A stretch of 64,000 nt of DNA, taken from Candidatus Doudnabacteria bacterium. GTDB taxonomy: Bacteria > Patescibacteriota > Doudnabacteria > UBA920. The stretch is from NCBI GenBank assembly GCA_038230955.1, contig JBBRMG010000001.1, forward strand, positions 18,312 through 82,311, given 5' to 3'. The notes under the pieces were generated by a model. The model worked only from the letters and a program-made list of their open reading frames with translations, did not search any database and was not told the DNA's origin. Numbering within the stretch: the stretch's first letter is position 1; the number at the start of each line of letters is the position of its first letter. Positions 49,251 to 59,812 of the stretch are shown here, piece by piece. The position numbers were made by a program, and so were the translations under genes.

Positions 49251-50144
49251 TTATTTCCAAGCTTTATTTCGCAAAGCCTTAAGCTTTTTGATGTCTGCCA
49301 CTACTTTATCATGCTCAGTTTCCAAAATCAAGGGGATGTCAAGACTGCGAGACTTGAGGAATCCGAGAATAGCCTCAAACCCTTTAACTCCAATTTCTCC
49401 GTCACCAATATGCTCATGGCGATCTCGGTGCGAACCTAGTTCAACTTTAGAATCATTGGCGTGCATCATGCAAAGCTTATCGAGTCCGACAACTTTTTCA
49501 AACTGAGCGAAAGTATCGGCAGCTGCTTTCGACGTGCGCAGGTCATAACCAGAACCGAACGCATGTTGAGTGTCAAAACAAATTCCACCAAACCCTTTGT
49601 GCTTTTTTATCTTGCTCATTATGAAGGCAATTTCTTCGAATGTGTCTCCTACTACACTACCTGCACCAGCGGAGATTTCAATTAACAACTTTGTTGTCCC
49701 TTTATAGCCATCGAGCACTTCTGCTAATCCGTCTCGTACTTGCTTCAGTCCATTCTGCTCGTTGTCTTTCAGGCTACCAGGGTGGAACATGAGGTACTTG
49801 GCCCCCAGCATAGTTCCTCGCTCCAGCTCTGTGCGAATAATAGACACGGAACCATTATAAGTTTTAGGATTAATGGACCCAAAGTTGATGATGTACGGCG
49901 CGTGAATAACAAAGTCGGTAAACCCATGCTCATCCATGGCGGCTCGGAATTTTTCGATAGTCTCTTCGGTAATTGGCGCAACTGGGCCACCATGGGGACT
50001 GCGCGAAAATATCTGGAACGTTTCGCATCCTAAATCTGCCGCGTTTTGCGGCGCGTTCCAAAGCCCGCCAGCAATAGATACGTGACATCCAATTTTGGCC
50101 ATGCTTTTTGGGGTTGTTTTTACATTAAGTTTTTTCGGCATCAT
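49251..50144 (-). CDS. nfo: endonuclease IV (AP endonuclease family 2)
   Basis: HxSIAGG N-terminus, a TIM-barrel zinc enzyme. Confidence 0.85.
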   Translation of the reverse strand: MMPKKLNVKTTPKSMAKIGCHVSIAGGLWNAPQNAADLGCETFQIFSRSPHGGPVAPITEETIEKFRAAMDEHGFTDFVIHAPYIINFGSINPKTYNGSVSIIRTELERGTMLGAKYLMFHPGSLKDNEQNGLKQVRDGLAEVLDGYKGTTKLLIEISAGAGSVVGDTFEEIAFIMSKIKKHKGFGGICFDTQHAFGSGYDLRTSKAAADTFAQFEKVVGLDKLCMMHANDSKVELGSHRDRHEHIGDGEIGVKGFEAILGFLKSRSLDIPLILETEHDKVVADIKKLKALRNKAWK

Positions 50145-51412
50145 TAAATCTTTAATAGCTTTTTAAATTTCTTGTCCTGTTTGTACGGCCCAATAATTGC
50201 TAGGTTCATTTTATTTGAGCTAAATAAAAACTTAGCCAGCTTCATCACGTCAGCGGCCGTGACCTTATCTATTTCAGCAAACAACTGAGCAGGTTGTTGA
50301 ATTTTATCATGAAACGCTTCTTGCTCTAAAAACCAATCAAGCCTTGTCTGACTGTCTTCTAGTGCCAAAGTTGTACGGCCTTTTAAATAAGCTTTCGCTT
50401 TTTTTAACTCCCGTGGCTCCAGCGGTATAGTTTTTATTTTTTGCAATTCTTCTAATATAACTTTAATGGCTTCTTCCGCTTTATCGATTTGCACCCCAGC
50501 ATTAACGTGAAAAGCTCCGGTATCTTGATAATTACTAGAGCTGCTATATATATAGTAAGCCAAACCCCGTCGCTCCCGAATTTCATAAAACAACCGCGAA
50601 CTCATTCCTCCACCTAAAACAGCGCTTAACACCGAACCGGCGGCATTACGCTTATCATTCACATGCAGACCTCGAAAGGCCAAAGACATATGGGCTTGCT
50701 CTGTGACTTTATACCTAACAGCTAAGCCCGGGCGTTTTTGCGTGCTTGTCGCCCGCTTCCACTTTGACATTGGTTGTTTTTCCAGAGGTGCCCAATACCG
50801 TTTAATCATTTTGTCTACATCAGTTTGTTTAAACTTACCAGAAATTCCAATAATAATATTGGTGGTTTTATAATGCTTTTTCAAATAATCCAAAAACATT
50901 TTTTGCGTCAAACCCATAATAGTCTGCTTGGTGCCAATGATATCACGGCCTAAAGGTTGGTCTGGCCACATCAATTGTTCCACCACGTTATCAATTTCAT
51001 ATCGCGGCGAATCCTTATACATATTTAGCTCTTCAATGATCACGCCCTTTTCTCGTTCTAGCTCGTCTTTGTCTAGGAGCGGTTGTTGCAACATATCTGT
51101 TAACACTTCAAATATCATTGGCAAGTGATCATTGTGGGCTTTAATGTAATACTGCGTGTGCTCACGACCAGTGTTAGCGTTCATCTCTCCGCCAATGGAA
51201 TCTATCATTTCAGTAATCATCAACGACGAAGGATATTTTTTTGTCCCTTTAAATAAAAAGTGTTCCAAGAAATGAGAGATGCCACTTTCCTGAGCCACTT
51301 CGGAGCGTGATCCGGTTTTTACAAATAGATCTACCACAACGCTCTGCGCGTCGGCGCTAGGAACAGTAATAATAGTTAATCCGTTGGGCAATACTGTGCG
51401 CTTGTATTTCAT
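50144..51412 (-). CDS. M16-family zinc peptidase (insulinase-like)
   Basis: Inverted zinc motif HFLEH. Confidence 0.85.
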   Translation of the reverse strand: MKYKRTVLPNGLTIITVPSADAQSVVVDLFVKTGSRSEVAQESGISHFLEHFLFKGTKKYPSSLMITEMIDSIGGEMNANTGREHTQYYIKAHNDHLPMIFEVLTDMLQQPLLDKDELEREKGVIIEELNMYKDSPRYEIDNVVEQLMWPDQPLGRDIIGTKQTIMGLTQKMFLDYLKKHYKTTNIIIGISGKFKQTDVDKMIKRYWAPLEKQPMSKWKRATSTQKRPGLAVRYKVTEQAHMSLAFRGLHVNDKRNAAGSVLSAVLGGGMSSRLFYEIRERRGLAYYIYSSSSNYQDTGAFHVNAGVQIDKAEEAIKVILEELQKIKTIPLEPRELKKAKAYLKGRTTLALEDSQTRLDWFLEQEAFHDKIQQPAQLFAEIDKVTAADVMKLAKFLFSSNKMNLAIIGPYKQDKKFKKLLKI

Positions 51413-52449
51413 AAAATAATATTACTTTTTAAGGCTGTGTCTACCATGGCCAATCTATGCGCTCTACCATTATCTAAATACACTAAATCCTCAATGCGCA
51501 CGCCGCCCGTTTTTGGTTGATAGACACCAGGTTCAATGCTAAATACCATTCCGTCAGATAATACATTGTCTGCTTGAGGGCCAACAAAAGGCAATTCATG
51601 TACTTCCAACCCCGTACCATGTCCAAGCGAGTGAATGAAATATTTTTCCAATTTAACGTGCTTTAAGTAAGCGCGAGCAATTGCATCTAGCTCTCCCCCG
51701 GTCATGCCACTTTGAGCAGTCTGGAGTGATTCCAAATAGGCCGCTTCCACATGATTATAAACTTGCCTCATTTTTGAAGACGCAGATTTTAAAAACACTG
51801 TTCGCGTAAAATCACTGCAATATCCATTTAACTTAAACCCGAAGTCTAATACAATCGGTTCACCCGATTTTATTATTTGCTCTGTTGGATGATGATGCGG
51901 CACTGCCGAATTTTTTCCTGTCGCGACAATTGGATCAAAGCTGACATCGTCGGCGCCCAGTTCTAATCCCCAAACACGAATATAGCGGGCCAACCCAATT
52001 TCCGTCCATCGCTGAGATTTCAATTTGCGTTTCATAATATCAAAAACGGCGGCAGTCAGTTGCGCTACCTCTTGTAGATTAGCAATTTCTTCAGCTGACT
52101 TAATTTCTCGCATCATGCTTACTGGGCTTATAACTGCTTTACAGGTAACCCCTTTCAACATTTTCTTGATGTGTTCAAACTCTTTTACGGAAGTGAACGA
52201 CTCTATCCCTAACGATTTAAACGGCTTAACGTACTTAGCCATTTCGTGGAATGCACCAAACTTTAAACCTCTTGGCGATTCCAAAGCAAAACCCAAAAAT
52301 ATTGGTGGTTTTCTACTAGACTTTGGGTAAACTAAAAGACTGCCATCAATAAAGCTGTGGCCGGTTAAATATATTAAATGCTCCTTTTTGGTTACCAATA
52401 GAGGGGCTGTTAGCATTGTGGCTAACAGGTCAATCCGATGTTGCAACAT
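51409..52449 (-). CDS. M24-family Xaa-Pro aminopeptidase
   Basis: HSLGHGTGLEVHE metal ligands. Confidence 0.85.
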   Translation of the reverse strand: MLQHRIDLLATMLTAPLLVTKKEHLIYLTGHSFIDGSLLVYPKSSRKPPIFLGFALESPRGLKFGAFHEMAKYVKPFKSLGIESFTSVKEFEHIKKMLKGVTCKAVISPVSMMREIKSAEEIANLQEVAQLTAAVFDIMKRKLKSQRWTEIGLARYIRVWGLELGADDVSFDPIVATGKNSAVPHHHPTEQIIKSGEPIVLDFGFKLNGYCSDFTRTVFLKSASSKMRQVYNHVEAAYLESLQTAQSGMTGGELDAIARAYLKHVKLEKYFIHSLGHGTGLEVHELPFVGPQADNVLSDGMVFSIEPGVYQPKTGGVRIEDLVYLDNGRAHRLAMVDTALKSNIIL

Positions 52450-52451
52450 AA

Positions 52452-53849
52452 TTAAAGTTTCTCTGCTATATATTTCTCAACATCAGCAATACTAATTCGC
52501 TCCTGATCAGTAGTGTCCCGGTTCCGAATCGTTACTGTATCATCTTCTAGCGATTGAAAATCAACGGTCACACAAAACGGTGTTCCAATTTCATCCTGAC
52601 TGTAATAGCGTTTCCCTACGTTACCCCGTTCATCCCAGGCCGTAGTGAATTTCATTTTCAATGCGTCAAAAATGCCGCGTGCTTTTTCTACCAGCTCCGG
52701 CTTGTTCGCCAGTAACGGAAATACTGCCACTTTATAAGGAGCGAGGGCTGGCGGCAACTGCAAATAAATCCGCTTGTTGTCATTCTCTCCTTCTTCCCGA
52801 TAAGAATTCAAAAGCACCATGGCCATTAGTCGATTAATGCCCACGGCCGGCTCTATCACATGTGGGACAAATTTTCGATTGGTATGTGGATCGGCGTATT
52901 GCAAATCAACACCCGAGTGCTTCATGTGTTGCTGCAAATCATAGTCAGTTCGGTAGGCCAAGCCCCACAGCTCTTTGAAACCGAACGGAAAGTTGTATTC
53001 CATATCTTCTGTTCGCTTGCTGTAAAAACTACGCTCCTGATCATCATGCTCACGCCAACGCAAATCTTCTGGGGTAATATTCAAAATTTCAGTAACAAAT
53101 TGCCACATGTCTTTTTTCCATTGTTCAAATAATTCTTCCCACTTAGCTGCTTCTGGGTCAAAGAAGTATTCAATCTCAGCTAGTTCAAATTCTAGAGTGC
53201 GGAAAATAAAATTGCCTTTAGTGATTTCGTTGCGGAAACTCTTACCGACTTGGCCGACCCCGAATGGCAAGCGCACCCGTGTTGAGTCCAATATATTTTT
53301 AAACGATACAAAAATCCCTTGTGCAGTTTCACCGCGCAAATAGGCTTTAGATTGGGCTTCCGGTACAATCCCAATATTGGTTTCAAACAGTAAATTAAAC
53401 CGACGAACGGGGGTCCAATCAAACTTTTTGCAACTAGGGCAAGCAATTTTATTTTCCTGAATAACTGCATCGAGCTCAGAGTCGGTCTTGCCTTCCACTA
53501 AGATACTTTCCCCTTTCGCTGTAAAAAAATCTTCAATCAAATGATCTGCGCGGGTGCGGTGTTGGCAATTTTTGCAATCAATCAACGCGTCAGCAAAACC
53601 GGCCACGTGACCACTGGCTTCCCAGACTTTGGGATGCAATATGATAGATGAGTCCAGTCCCACCATGTCGGGCCTGGAACGAACAAAAAACTGCCACCAT
53701 GCATCTATAATATTCTTTTTTAATTCCACACCGGTTGGCCCATACTCATAGCTATTTGCTAGGCCGCCATAGATTTCACTACCAGGAAAAACAAAACCAC
53801 GTCGCTTGCACAGCGCTACAATTTTATCCATCATATCTGGGTTTTTCAT
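52452..53849 (-). CDS. glyQS: glycyl-tRNA synthetase (dimeric class II type)
   Basis: 465 aa with class II aaRS motifs, GlyRS-like. Confidence 0.85.
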   Translation of the reverse strand: MKNPDMMDKIVALCKRRGFVFPGSEIYGGLANSYEYGPTGVELKKNIIDAWWQFFVRSRPDMVGLDSSIILHPKVWEASGHVAGFADALIDCKNCQHRTRADHLIEDFFTAKGESILVEGKTDSELDAVIQENKIACPSCKKFDWTPVRRFNLLFETNIGIVPEAQSKAYLRGETAQGIFVSFKNILDSTRVRLPFGVGQVGKSFRNEITKGNFIFRTLEFELAEIEYFFDPEAAKWEELFEQWKKDMWQFVTEILNITPEDLRWREHDDQERSFYSKRTEDMEYNFPFGFKELWGLAYRTDYDLQQHMKHSGVDLQYADPHTNRKFVPHVIEPAVGINRLMAMVLLNSYREEGENDNKRIYLQLPPALAPYKVAVFPLLANKPELVEKARGIFDALKMKFTTAWDERGNVGKRYYSQDEIGTPFCVTVDFQSLEDDTVTIRNRDTTDQERISIADVEKYIAEKL

Positions 53850-53894
53850 GCCCTAAGTATAGCAAAAGCCAGCCTGAGCGACAACGAGCCTATT

Positions 53895-54392
53895 TCATTC
53901 GCTCAACATCAAAGCGCCCTTTATTTTCCCCATATCCTTCTCTAGTTTGACGATGCGCACGGCTGCATTACCGCCCGCCTCCAACTTTCCAATTCGACCA
54001 TTCATGGAGTCCAATCGAATGCCAATCTCTTGGAAACGTACATCCACTTGTTGGAACCGAATTTCAATTTTATCAAATCGCTTATCAATTTGAATAAACC
54101 TAGCGTCAATCTGCTCGAAACGCTTATCTATTTGAATGAAACGTTCGTCAATCTGTTCGAAACGTTCATCCATCTTATCGAAACGCTCGTCAATCTGCTC
54201 AAATTTGAGATCCATTTTCTGGAAGCGCTCTTCCATGGGATTGGCAATTGTTTCGGCAATAATGCTTGCTAGCTCGTCAATGGCGTTCTGAACATCCTGC
54301 TTAGTTGCCATATTTGCCAAGTCATATTTAACGGCAAAGTTGTCTAGTGTTTTATCAAGATGCTGTTCGAAGTATTCTTTTGTTAGTTCCAT
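53895..54392 (-). CDS. hypothetical protein with about nine tandem 7-aa repeats RFxQIDx
   Basis: ERFEQIDERFIQIDKRFEQIDARFIQIDKRFDKIEIRFQQVDVRFQEIGIRL. The DNA is 21-bp periodic across 54000-54250. Confidence 0.65.
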   Translation of the reverse strand: MELTKEYFEQHLDKTLDNFAVKYDLANMATKQDVQNAIDELASIIAETIANPMEERFQKMDLKFEQIDERFDKMDERFEQIDERFIQIDKRFEQIDARFIQIDKRFDKIEIRFQQVDVRFQEIGIRLDSMNGRIGKLEAGGNAAVRIVKLEKDMGKIKGALMLSE

Positions 54393-54497
54393 AGTGCTTT
54401 GATTTTAATCGTATTTGCACTATAACAGAGCAGTGTTCAAGATAAGTTAAAGAAATTCTAAAGTCTTGCTAAAATAAACACACTACTGACTTTTAAT

Positions 54498-55706
54498 CTA
54501 AGGTGTGTTTGATGTTTGATGTCGCAAATATCGGGAAGCAGAACGAGGATTATCAGAAATCTCTCGATAATTAAACAAAATTTCATCAAAATAGTCATAT
54601 TGAATGGCGGTGCGAATTTTTTCCATCAAATTTAAGTAAAATCGCAAATTGTGCATAGTGGCTAACCGCGTGCCCAATATTTCTCCACTAGCCAATAAGT
54701 GCCGCAAGTAAGCGCGGGTATGGTTTAAGCATAAATAACAGTTACAGCTCGTATCGACTGGCGTAAAATCTTCTTTGTACTTTTCTAGTCGTACATCCAT
54801 GGTTTCGTAGCCCTCTTTACCCTCATCATCACGGGCCGCAATATATAGGCGCCCATGGCGAGCTTCGCGAGTTGGAATTACACAATCAAAAGTATCACAG
54901 CCCCGAGACACGCCTTGGACTATGTCATAAGGAGTACCAACGCCAAGTAAATGCTTCGGCGCATTCTCCGGTAAATATGGAATTGAATACTCAACAGCGC
55001 GCATCATTTCTTCATGTGGCTCACCCACCGCTACACCACCAATGGCGAACCCAGGAAAACCAAGCTTAGCCATTCCTTTAGCGCTTTGCTCACGCAAATC
55101 TGAGAAGCTTGCACCTTGCACAATCCCCCACAGCTTTTGTCCTGGGTTAATAGGGTCAGCAGATGCCATAATTCTATCGTACTCACGAATAGCTCGTTCA
55201 GCCCATCGCTCAGTTAATTCAATAGATTCTTTACTGCGAGCATGTTCAAATGGATAGCCAGGAAAATCATCCAAAATTAAGGCTACATCACTGCCCAGAT
55301 TAGCCTGAATATCTACAGATTTTTCTGGTGATAAAATTTCTTGCTTACCGTCTAAATCAAACTGAAACAGCACGCCGGCTTCCATAACTTTACGGAACTT
55401 GGCCAATGAAAAAACTTGGAACCCACCCGAGTCAGTGAAAATCGGCCCTTTCCAGTTCATGAACTTGTGCAGTCCCCCAGCTTTATAAATTAACCCATCG
55501 CCGGGTCGCTGCCACAAATGATAGGTATTAGCCAAGACCATGGTCGCACCCCAAAATTTAATTTCCTCACTGGTCACTGTTTTAACAGTACCTTTGGTAC
55601 CTATAGGCAAAAACTGCGGTGTTAAAACATCGCCATGTTCAGTATGAATTATGCCGTTGCGGGCCAACGACTTACCATCTTTTTTCAGTATTTCGAAGTA
55701 GTCCAT
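54498..55706 (-). CDS. tgt: queuine tRNA-ribosyltransferase
   Basis: TIM-barrel TGT motifs and the zinc site CxCxxC...H (CNCYLCLNHTRAYLRH). Confidence 0.9.
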   Translation of the reverse strand: MDYFEILKKDGKSLARNGIIHTEHGDVLTPQFLPIGTKGTVKTVTSEEIKFWGATMVLANTYHLWQRPGDGLIYKAGGLHKFMNWKGPIFTDSGGFQVFSLAKFRKVMEAGVLFQFDLDGKQEILSPEKSVDIQANLGSDVALILDDFPGYPFEHARSKESIELTERWAERAIREYDRIMASADPINPGQKLWGIVQGASFSDLREQSAKGMAKLGFPGFAIGGVAVGEPHEEMMRAVEYSIPYLPENAPKHLLGVGTPYDIVQGVSRGCDTFDCVIPTREARHGRLYIAARDDEGKEGYETMDVRLEKYKEDFTPVDTSCNCYLCLNHTRAYLRHLLASGEILGTRLATMHNLRFYLNLMEKIRTAIQYDYFDEILFNYREISDNPRSASRYLRHQTSNTP

Positions 55707-55719
55707 ATGTATATATTAA

Positions 55720-55825
55720 ATACTGGGGGTTACCGTATCGAAACTAGGTTGCCTAGGAGCTGCGCTCACTAAGTGAGCTAGCTCCTGACGGCGCCAATAG
55801 TTTCTCTAACGGCAACTCCCAGTAT
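55720..55825. repeat. nested palindromic intergenic repeat, copy 4, in inverted orientation, between pnp and tgt
   Basis: Outer inverted repeat atactgggggttaccgt / acggcaactcccagtat. Core 55740-55804 is gaaactaggttgcctagg...gcgccaatagtttc. Confidence 0.8.
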
Positions 55826-55846
55826 CAAAGTATTGCAATAGTAATT

Positions 55847-58099
55847 TTAACGTGAAGACCGACCGCGGTCATTCCCACCGCTGCGACGGAACCCGCCGCC
55901 GCCACTGCCGCCAGAAGATGGTCGCCGCTCAAAACTCCCTGCACTTGCAGCACTTGCGGCTAACTGTTCTGGGGTGGCTTCCGGCGCAAATGGTTTGTGA
56001 GTTAAGTTAATCCGGCCTTGGTCATCAATTTCTTGAACTTTTACTTTCAAGATATCACCAACCTTCACCACGTCCTCAACTTTAGTCACCCGGTAATTTG
56101 CTAATTGAGAAATATGAACCATTCCGTCTTTGCCAGGAAGAATTTCAACGAATGCACCGAAGTCCATAAGTTTTACAACTTTGCCGTCGAACACTTCACC
56201 CGGTTCAACTTCACGCACAATATCTTTTATCATTTGCAAAGCTTTATCAGAAGCGGCGGCATCGACAGAGGTCACCATGACTAAACCACTGTCTTCAATA
56301 TCAATTTTTACGCCTGGGCATTCAGCAATAATTCCGTTGATAACTTTACCACCAGCCCCAATAACTTCGCGAATCTTTTCTGGATCAATCATGAAAGAGG
56401 TAATGCGTGGAGCATACTTGGAAAGATCGGCACGAGGTGCATCCAACGCTTCTTTCATCTTACTAATAATATGCATGCGAGCAGGCTTTGCTTGTTCCAA
56501 GGCTTGAGCCAAAATTTCTGCGGTTAGCCCCTTTACCTTAATGTCCAACTGAAGTGCACTAACACCTTTTTCGCTACCAGTAACTTTAAAGTCCATGTGA
56601 CCGTTAAAATCTTCAATCCCGGCAATGTCAGTTAAAACTTTGAAATGGTTTGTATTCGATTCATCCATAACCAGGCCCATAGCTACGCCACCAATAATAT
56701 CTGTAATCGGTACACCAGCATCCATTAGTGCTAAAGTTGAACCACAAGTACTGGCCATAGAAGTAGAGCCGTTAGAGGACATGGTTTCAGAAACAAGGCG
56801 CATAGTGTATGGAAAATCTTCTTGCTTTGGTAAAACAATTTCAACAGCCCGTTCTGCTAATGCCCCATGGCCAATTTCTCGACGACCAGCACCGCGTAAA
56901 GGCTGGACTTCACCGACACTGTATCCAGGGAAGTTATAATGATGAATATAGCGCTTGGAACGCCCTTCGGTTGGATCCTGCATGCCGTCGAGCAACTGTT
57001 CATCGCCTTTGCTCCCTAATGTCACAATGGTTAAAACCTGAGTTTCACCACGAGTAAACAAAGCCGAACCATGAGTGCGCGGTAAAATACCAACTTCTGC
57101 TGAAATTTTCCGAGTTTCAGTTAAAGCACGGCCATCAACCCGTCGATCTTTTTCAAGAATCTGATGTTGCTGGTACTTTTTAAGCACCTTATCAATGGCA
57201 TCATTAGCGTCCTGAGAAACTTTCACTCCTTCAATTTCACCCAGAGCGGACTGAGTCCCTTCAATAACTTCTAAAATTAAAGCGTTCATATTTATTTCTC
57301 GCTGGGCTTTATCTGACACATAAACGGCCGCTTCTATCTTCGCGTCAGTCAATAAAGCTTTAACTTGCTCGACTACCTGCGGGTTTAATTCATGAATTGA
57401 TGGTGTCACTTTGTCATGACCGACTTCAGTTTGGAACTTAACCTGTGTTTCAGCCAACGCTTTCAAGTGAATCTGGGCGAATTTAATGCCCTCTACTATT
57501 TCTTCTTCCGATACCAAGCTAGCCCCAGCTTCTACCATAATAATATGTTCGGCAGTACCACAAACAATTAAATCTAACGGGCTTTGATCGCGCTGTTCAT
57601 GAGTAGGATTAACAACATACTGACCGTCTACCTTACCCACGCGCACGCCACCAACAGGACCGTCAAATGGAATGTTGGAAATATGTAAAGCCATGGCAGC
57701 AGCATTCACTGCTAACATATCAGGATCATTTTCGCCATCGAAAGACAATACAGTGACAACCACTTGCACGTCATTGCGCATTCCATAAGGGAACATTGGG
57801 CGCAGAGTACGATCAATAACACGGCCGGTTAAAATAGCATCATCCGTAGCGCGACCTTCACGCTTGACCCAACGACTACCCTTAATTTTACCCGCAGCGT
57901 ACAAACGTTCTTCGTAATCTACTAGCAGTGGGAAATAATCGATATTATCTCGCGGTGTTTTCTTCAACACAACAGTGGCCAGAACGACTGTGTCGCCTAA
58001 CCGAGCTACCACTGCGCCATTAGCTTGCTGAGCCAGTTTACCTGTCTCAAAGCTAATGTTCCCGTCACCAATCGGTACGGAGATCTTTTTTTCTTCCAT
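55847..58099 (-). CDS. pnp: polynucleotide phosphorylase
   Basis: Two RNase PH domains, a KH domain, an S1 domain and a Gly/Arg-rich tail. The ORF extends to 58168; MEEKKISVPIGDG at 58099 has an RBS. Confidence 0.93.
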   Translation of the reverse strand: MEEKKISVPIGDGNISFETGKLAQQANGAVVARLGDTVVLATVVLKKTPRDNIDYFPLLVDYEERLYAAGKIKGSRWVKREGRATDDAILTGRVIDRTLRPMFPYGMRNDVQVVVTVLSFDGENDPDMLAVNAAAMALHISNIPFDGPVGGVRVGKVDGQYVVNPTHEQRDQSPLDLIVCGTAEHIIMVEAGASLVSEEEIVEGIKFAQIHLKALAETQVKFQTEVGHDKVTPSIHELNPQVVEQVKALLTDAKIEAAVYVSDKAQREINMNALILEVIEGTQSALGEIEGVKVSQDANDAIDKVLKKYQQHQILEKDRRVDGRALTETRKISAEVGILPRTHGSALFTRGETQVLTIVTLGSKGDEQLLDGMQDPTEGRSKRYIHHYNFPGYSVGEVQPLRGAGRREIGHGALAERAVEIVLPKQEDFPYTMRLVSETMSSNGSTSMASTCGSTLALMDAGVPITDIIGGVAMGLVMDESNTNHFKVLTDIAGIEDFNGHMDFKVTGSEKGVSALQLDIKVKGLTAEILAQALEQAKPARMHIISKMKEALDAPRADLSKYAPRITSFMIDPEKIREVIGAGGKVINGIIAECPGVKIDIEDSGLVMVTSVDAAASDKALQMIKDIVREVEPGEVFDGKVVKLMDFGAFVEILPGKDGMVHISQLANYRVTKVEDVVKVGDILKVKVQEIDDQGRINLTHKPFAPEATPEQLAASAASAGSFERRPSSGGSGGGGFRRSGGNDRGRSSR

Positions 58100-58220
58100 A
58101 GTCTTATTCCTTCCGGTGTATCTATGCAGGAGCGGAAAGAAATTCCAAACATCAGAGTTTAATACCAATGTTTAAGCTATAATGCTTGGAATCTGCCTCT
58201 ACAATTTACACCAAATTAAT

Positions 58221-58601
58221 TTAACTGTCGTTCAGATCGAAATCTCTTAAAAACAATTCCGGATCTGGGGTACTGCCATAAAGAAAATGGCTAACATTTT
58301 CTTCAAACAAGTTCGCTGGCTTTGCTCGCAAGCGACCACGCTGCTCTTGCCACACTTCCCACCTCTTCATAAACTCTCTATAAGAGTCTGTTCCCGGGGC
58401 ACCGTATCGGGCTTCAATTAGCTCCGACTTAATCTTATCTGCGATTACAATAAACTGGCTTTTCTCATCCCAGCCGACTCCGCCCACAGTGCGCACGGCA
58501 ACTTTAATCTCTTGAATTTTCGGGTCAGCAAAAATTCGATTAACCACTTCCTCGGCTAATCCTATCCACTCACGCTCAAACTGATCAAGATCAACATTCA
58601 T
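58221..58601 (-). CDS. hypothetical protein
   Basis: 126-aa ORF downstream of rpsO. Confidence 0.55.
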   Translation of the reverse strand: MNVDLDQFEREWIGLAEEVVNRIFADPKIQEIKVAVRTVGGVGWDEKSQFIVIADKIKSELIEARYGAPGTDSYREFMKRWEVWQEQRGRLRAKPANLFEENVSHFLYGSTPDPELFLRDFDLNDS

Positions 58602-58879
58602 TAGCTACTAGTATCTTTTTTCAATTTCAACTTGTCAGCAATTTTTTCGTAGCGCTTTTGGTCCTCACCTTTGAGGTATCGAAGCAAACGGCGGCGATTG
58701 CCTACCATCTTCAACAAACCGCGGCGGGAATGATTATCCTTGCGATGAATTTTCAAATGCTCGCTAACCTGATCAATCTCTTTGGTTAGAATAGCAATTT
58801 GCACTTCCGGGCTACCGGTATCGTCTTTATGCGTCTGAAATTTCTTTATCAGAGCATCTTTCTCTTTTTTACTTAACAT
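58601..58879 (-). CDS. rpsO: 30S ribosomal protein S15
   Basis: [16 protein letters not shown]...HxKDxHSRRGLLxMVxxRRxLLxYL. The ORF extends to 58903; MLSKKEK at 58879 matches the canonical length. Confidence 0.9.
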   Translation of the reverse strand: MLSKKEKDALIKKFQTHKDDTGSPEVQIAILTKEIDQVSEHLKIHRKDNHSRRGLLKMVGNRRRLLRYLKGEDQKRYEKIADKLKLKKDTSS

Positions 58880-58987
58880 AAGGTCTCTGCCTTTCGTCTG
58901 CACGTGGCAGGCAGTAAAAGAAATCCTGCCCGTGGTAACTAATTAATAACTGTCCACATTATAAAGAAAAAACTGTTTTTTGGCAAA

Positions 58988-59764
58988 CTAGAGCTTTTTT
59001 TCGAATCGACAGCGTAGTAAACCGGGTAAATTTTTCATTTGATTGAACGAGCTAATCACTATCCCTATTCCACCACCTGGCATTTTTTTAATCAACGGGT
59101 TTACATCCATATTATTTAAAGCCGACTTCTTGATAACATAATGGTCATTAATCGTACCGGGCTGATCAGCGTTCACCATACTAACTTCAGAATACTGACC
59201 AGGGTGTAACTGATAATGTTTATATTCCTCTCGTGATCGCTCAGTCGCAAAATCAAAACCGTTCTTAAGTAGCCACTCAGATACTGGTGGCTGGGAACTA
59301 GCCGCTATTATAGCGTCCTCATTCACTAGACCCAACTGATGAATTAATTGTAGATATTGTTCAGTTTTTTCCCAAAACTCTGTCCCCGTAATACCTAACC
59401 CCTTAGTGTTAATTAATCGATGCTCCATATCCCATCGATGTAAATATGAATTTAAGTGACGGGCTACAATAATCTCCCCCATCTTGGGATCCCCGTCTTT
59501 AGCCTGTAGGCTAAAACTAACAAATTCATCTCCGGAAGACCGAATATCACGATCTATATAATATGCATAATCACCCCACTGTTTCTTGTAAGCCCGTTTT
59601 ATCAGCGATTTATCATCTTGTTTAATAGTAAACCTGGAAGCGGTCCAATTATCTTCCACTTCTTTAGGGTCAAACGGCTCTAAAAAGGCCGCCTTAACGT
59701 CGAGCTTATTCTCGCCCGCATGCATATTATCCAAAAATTCAGGGTTTTGTTGTTCTGGGTTCAT
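58988..59764 (-). CDS. hypothetical protein
   Basis: 258-aa ORF with no recognised motifs. Confidence 0.55.
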   Translation of the reverse strand: MNPEQQNPEFLDNMHAGENKLDVKAAFLEPFDPKEVEDNWTASRFTIKQDDKSLIKRAYKKQWGDYAYYIDRDIRSSGDEFVSFSLQAKDGDPKMGEIIVARHLNSYLHRWDMEHRLINTKGLGITGTEFWEKTEQYLQLIHQLGLVNEDAIIAASSQPPVSEWLLKNGFDFATERSREEYKHYQLHPGQYSEVSMVNADQPGTINDHYVIKKSALNNMDVNPLIKKMPGGGIGIVISSFNQMKNLPGLLRCRFEKKL

Positions 59765-59812
59765 ATATATCTATTATACTAAATTCCACTAGAAGCGGTA
59801 TAATGAATTTAT

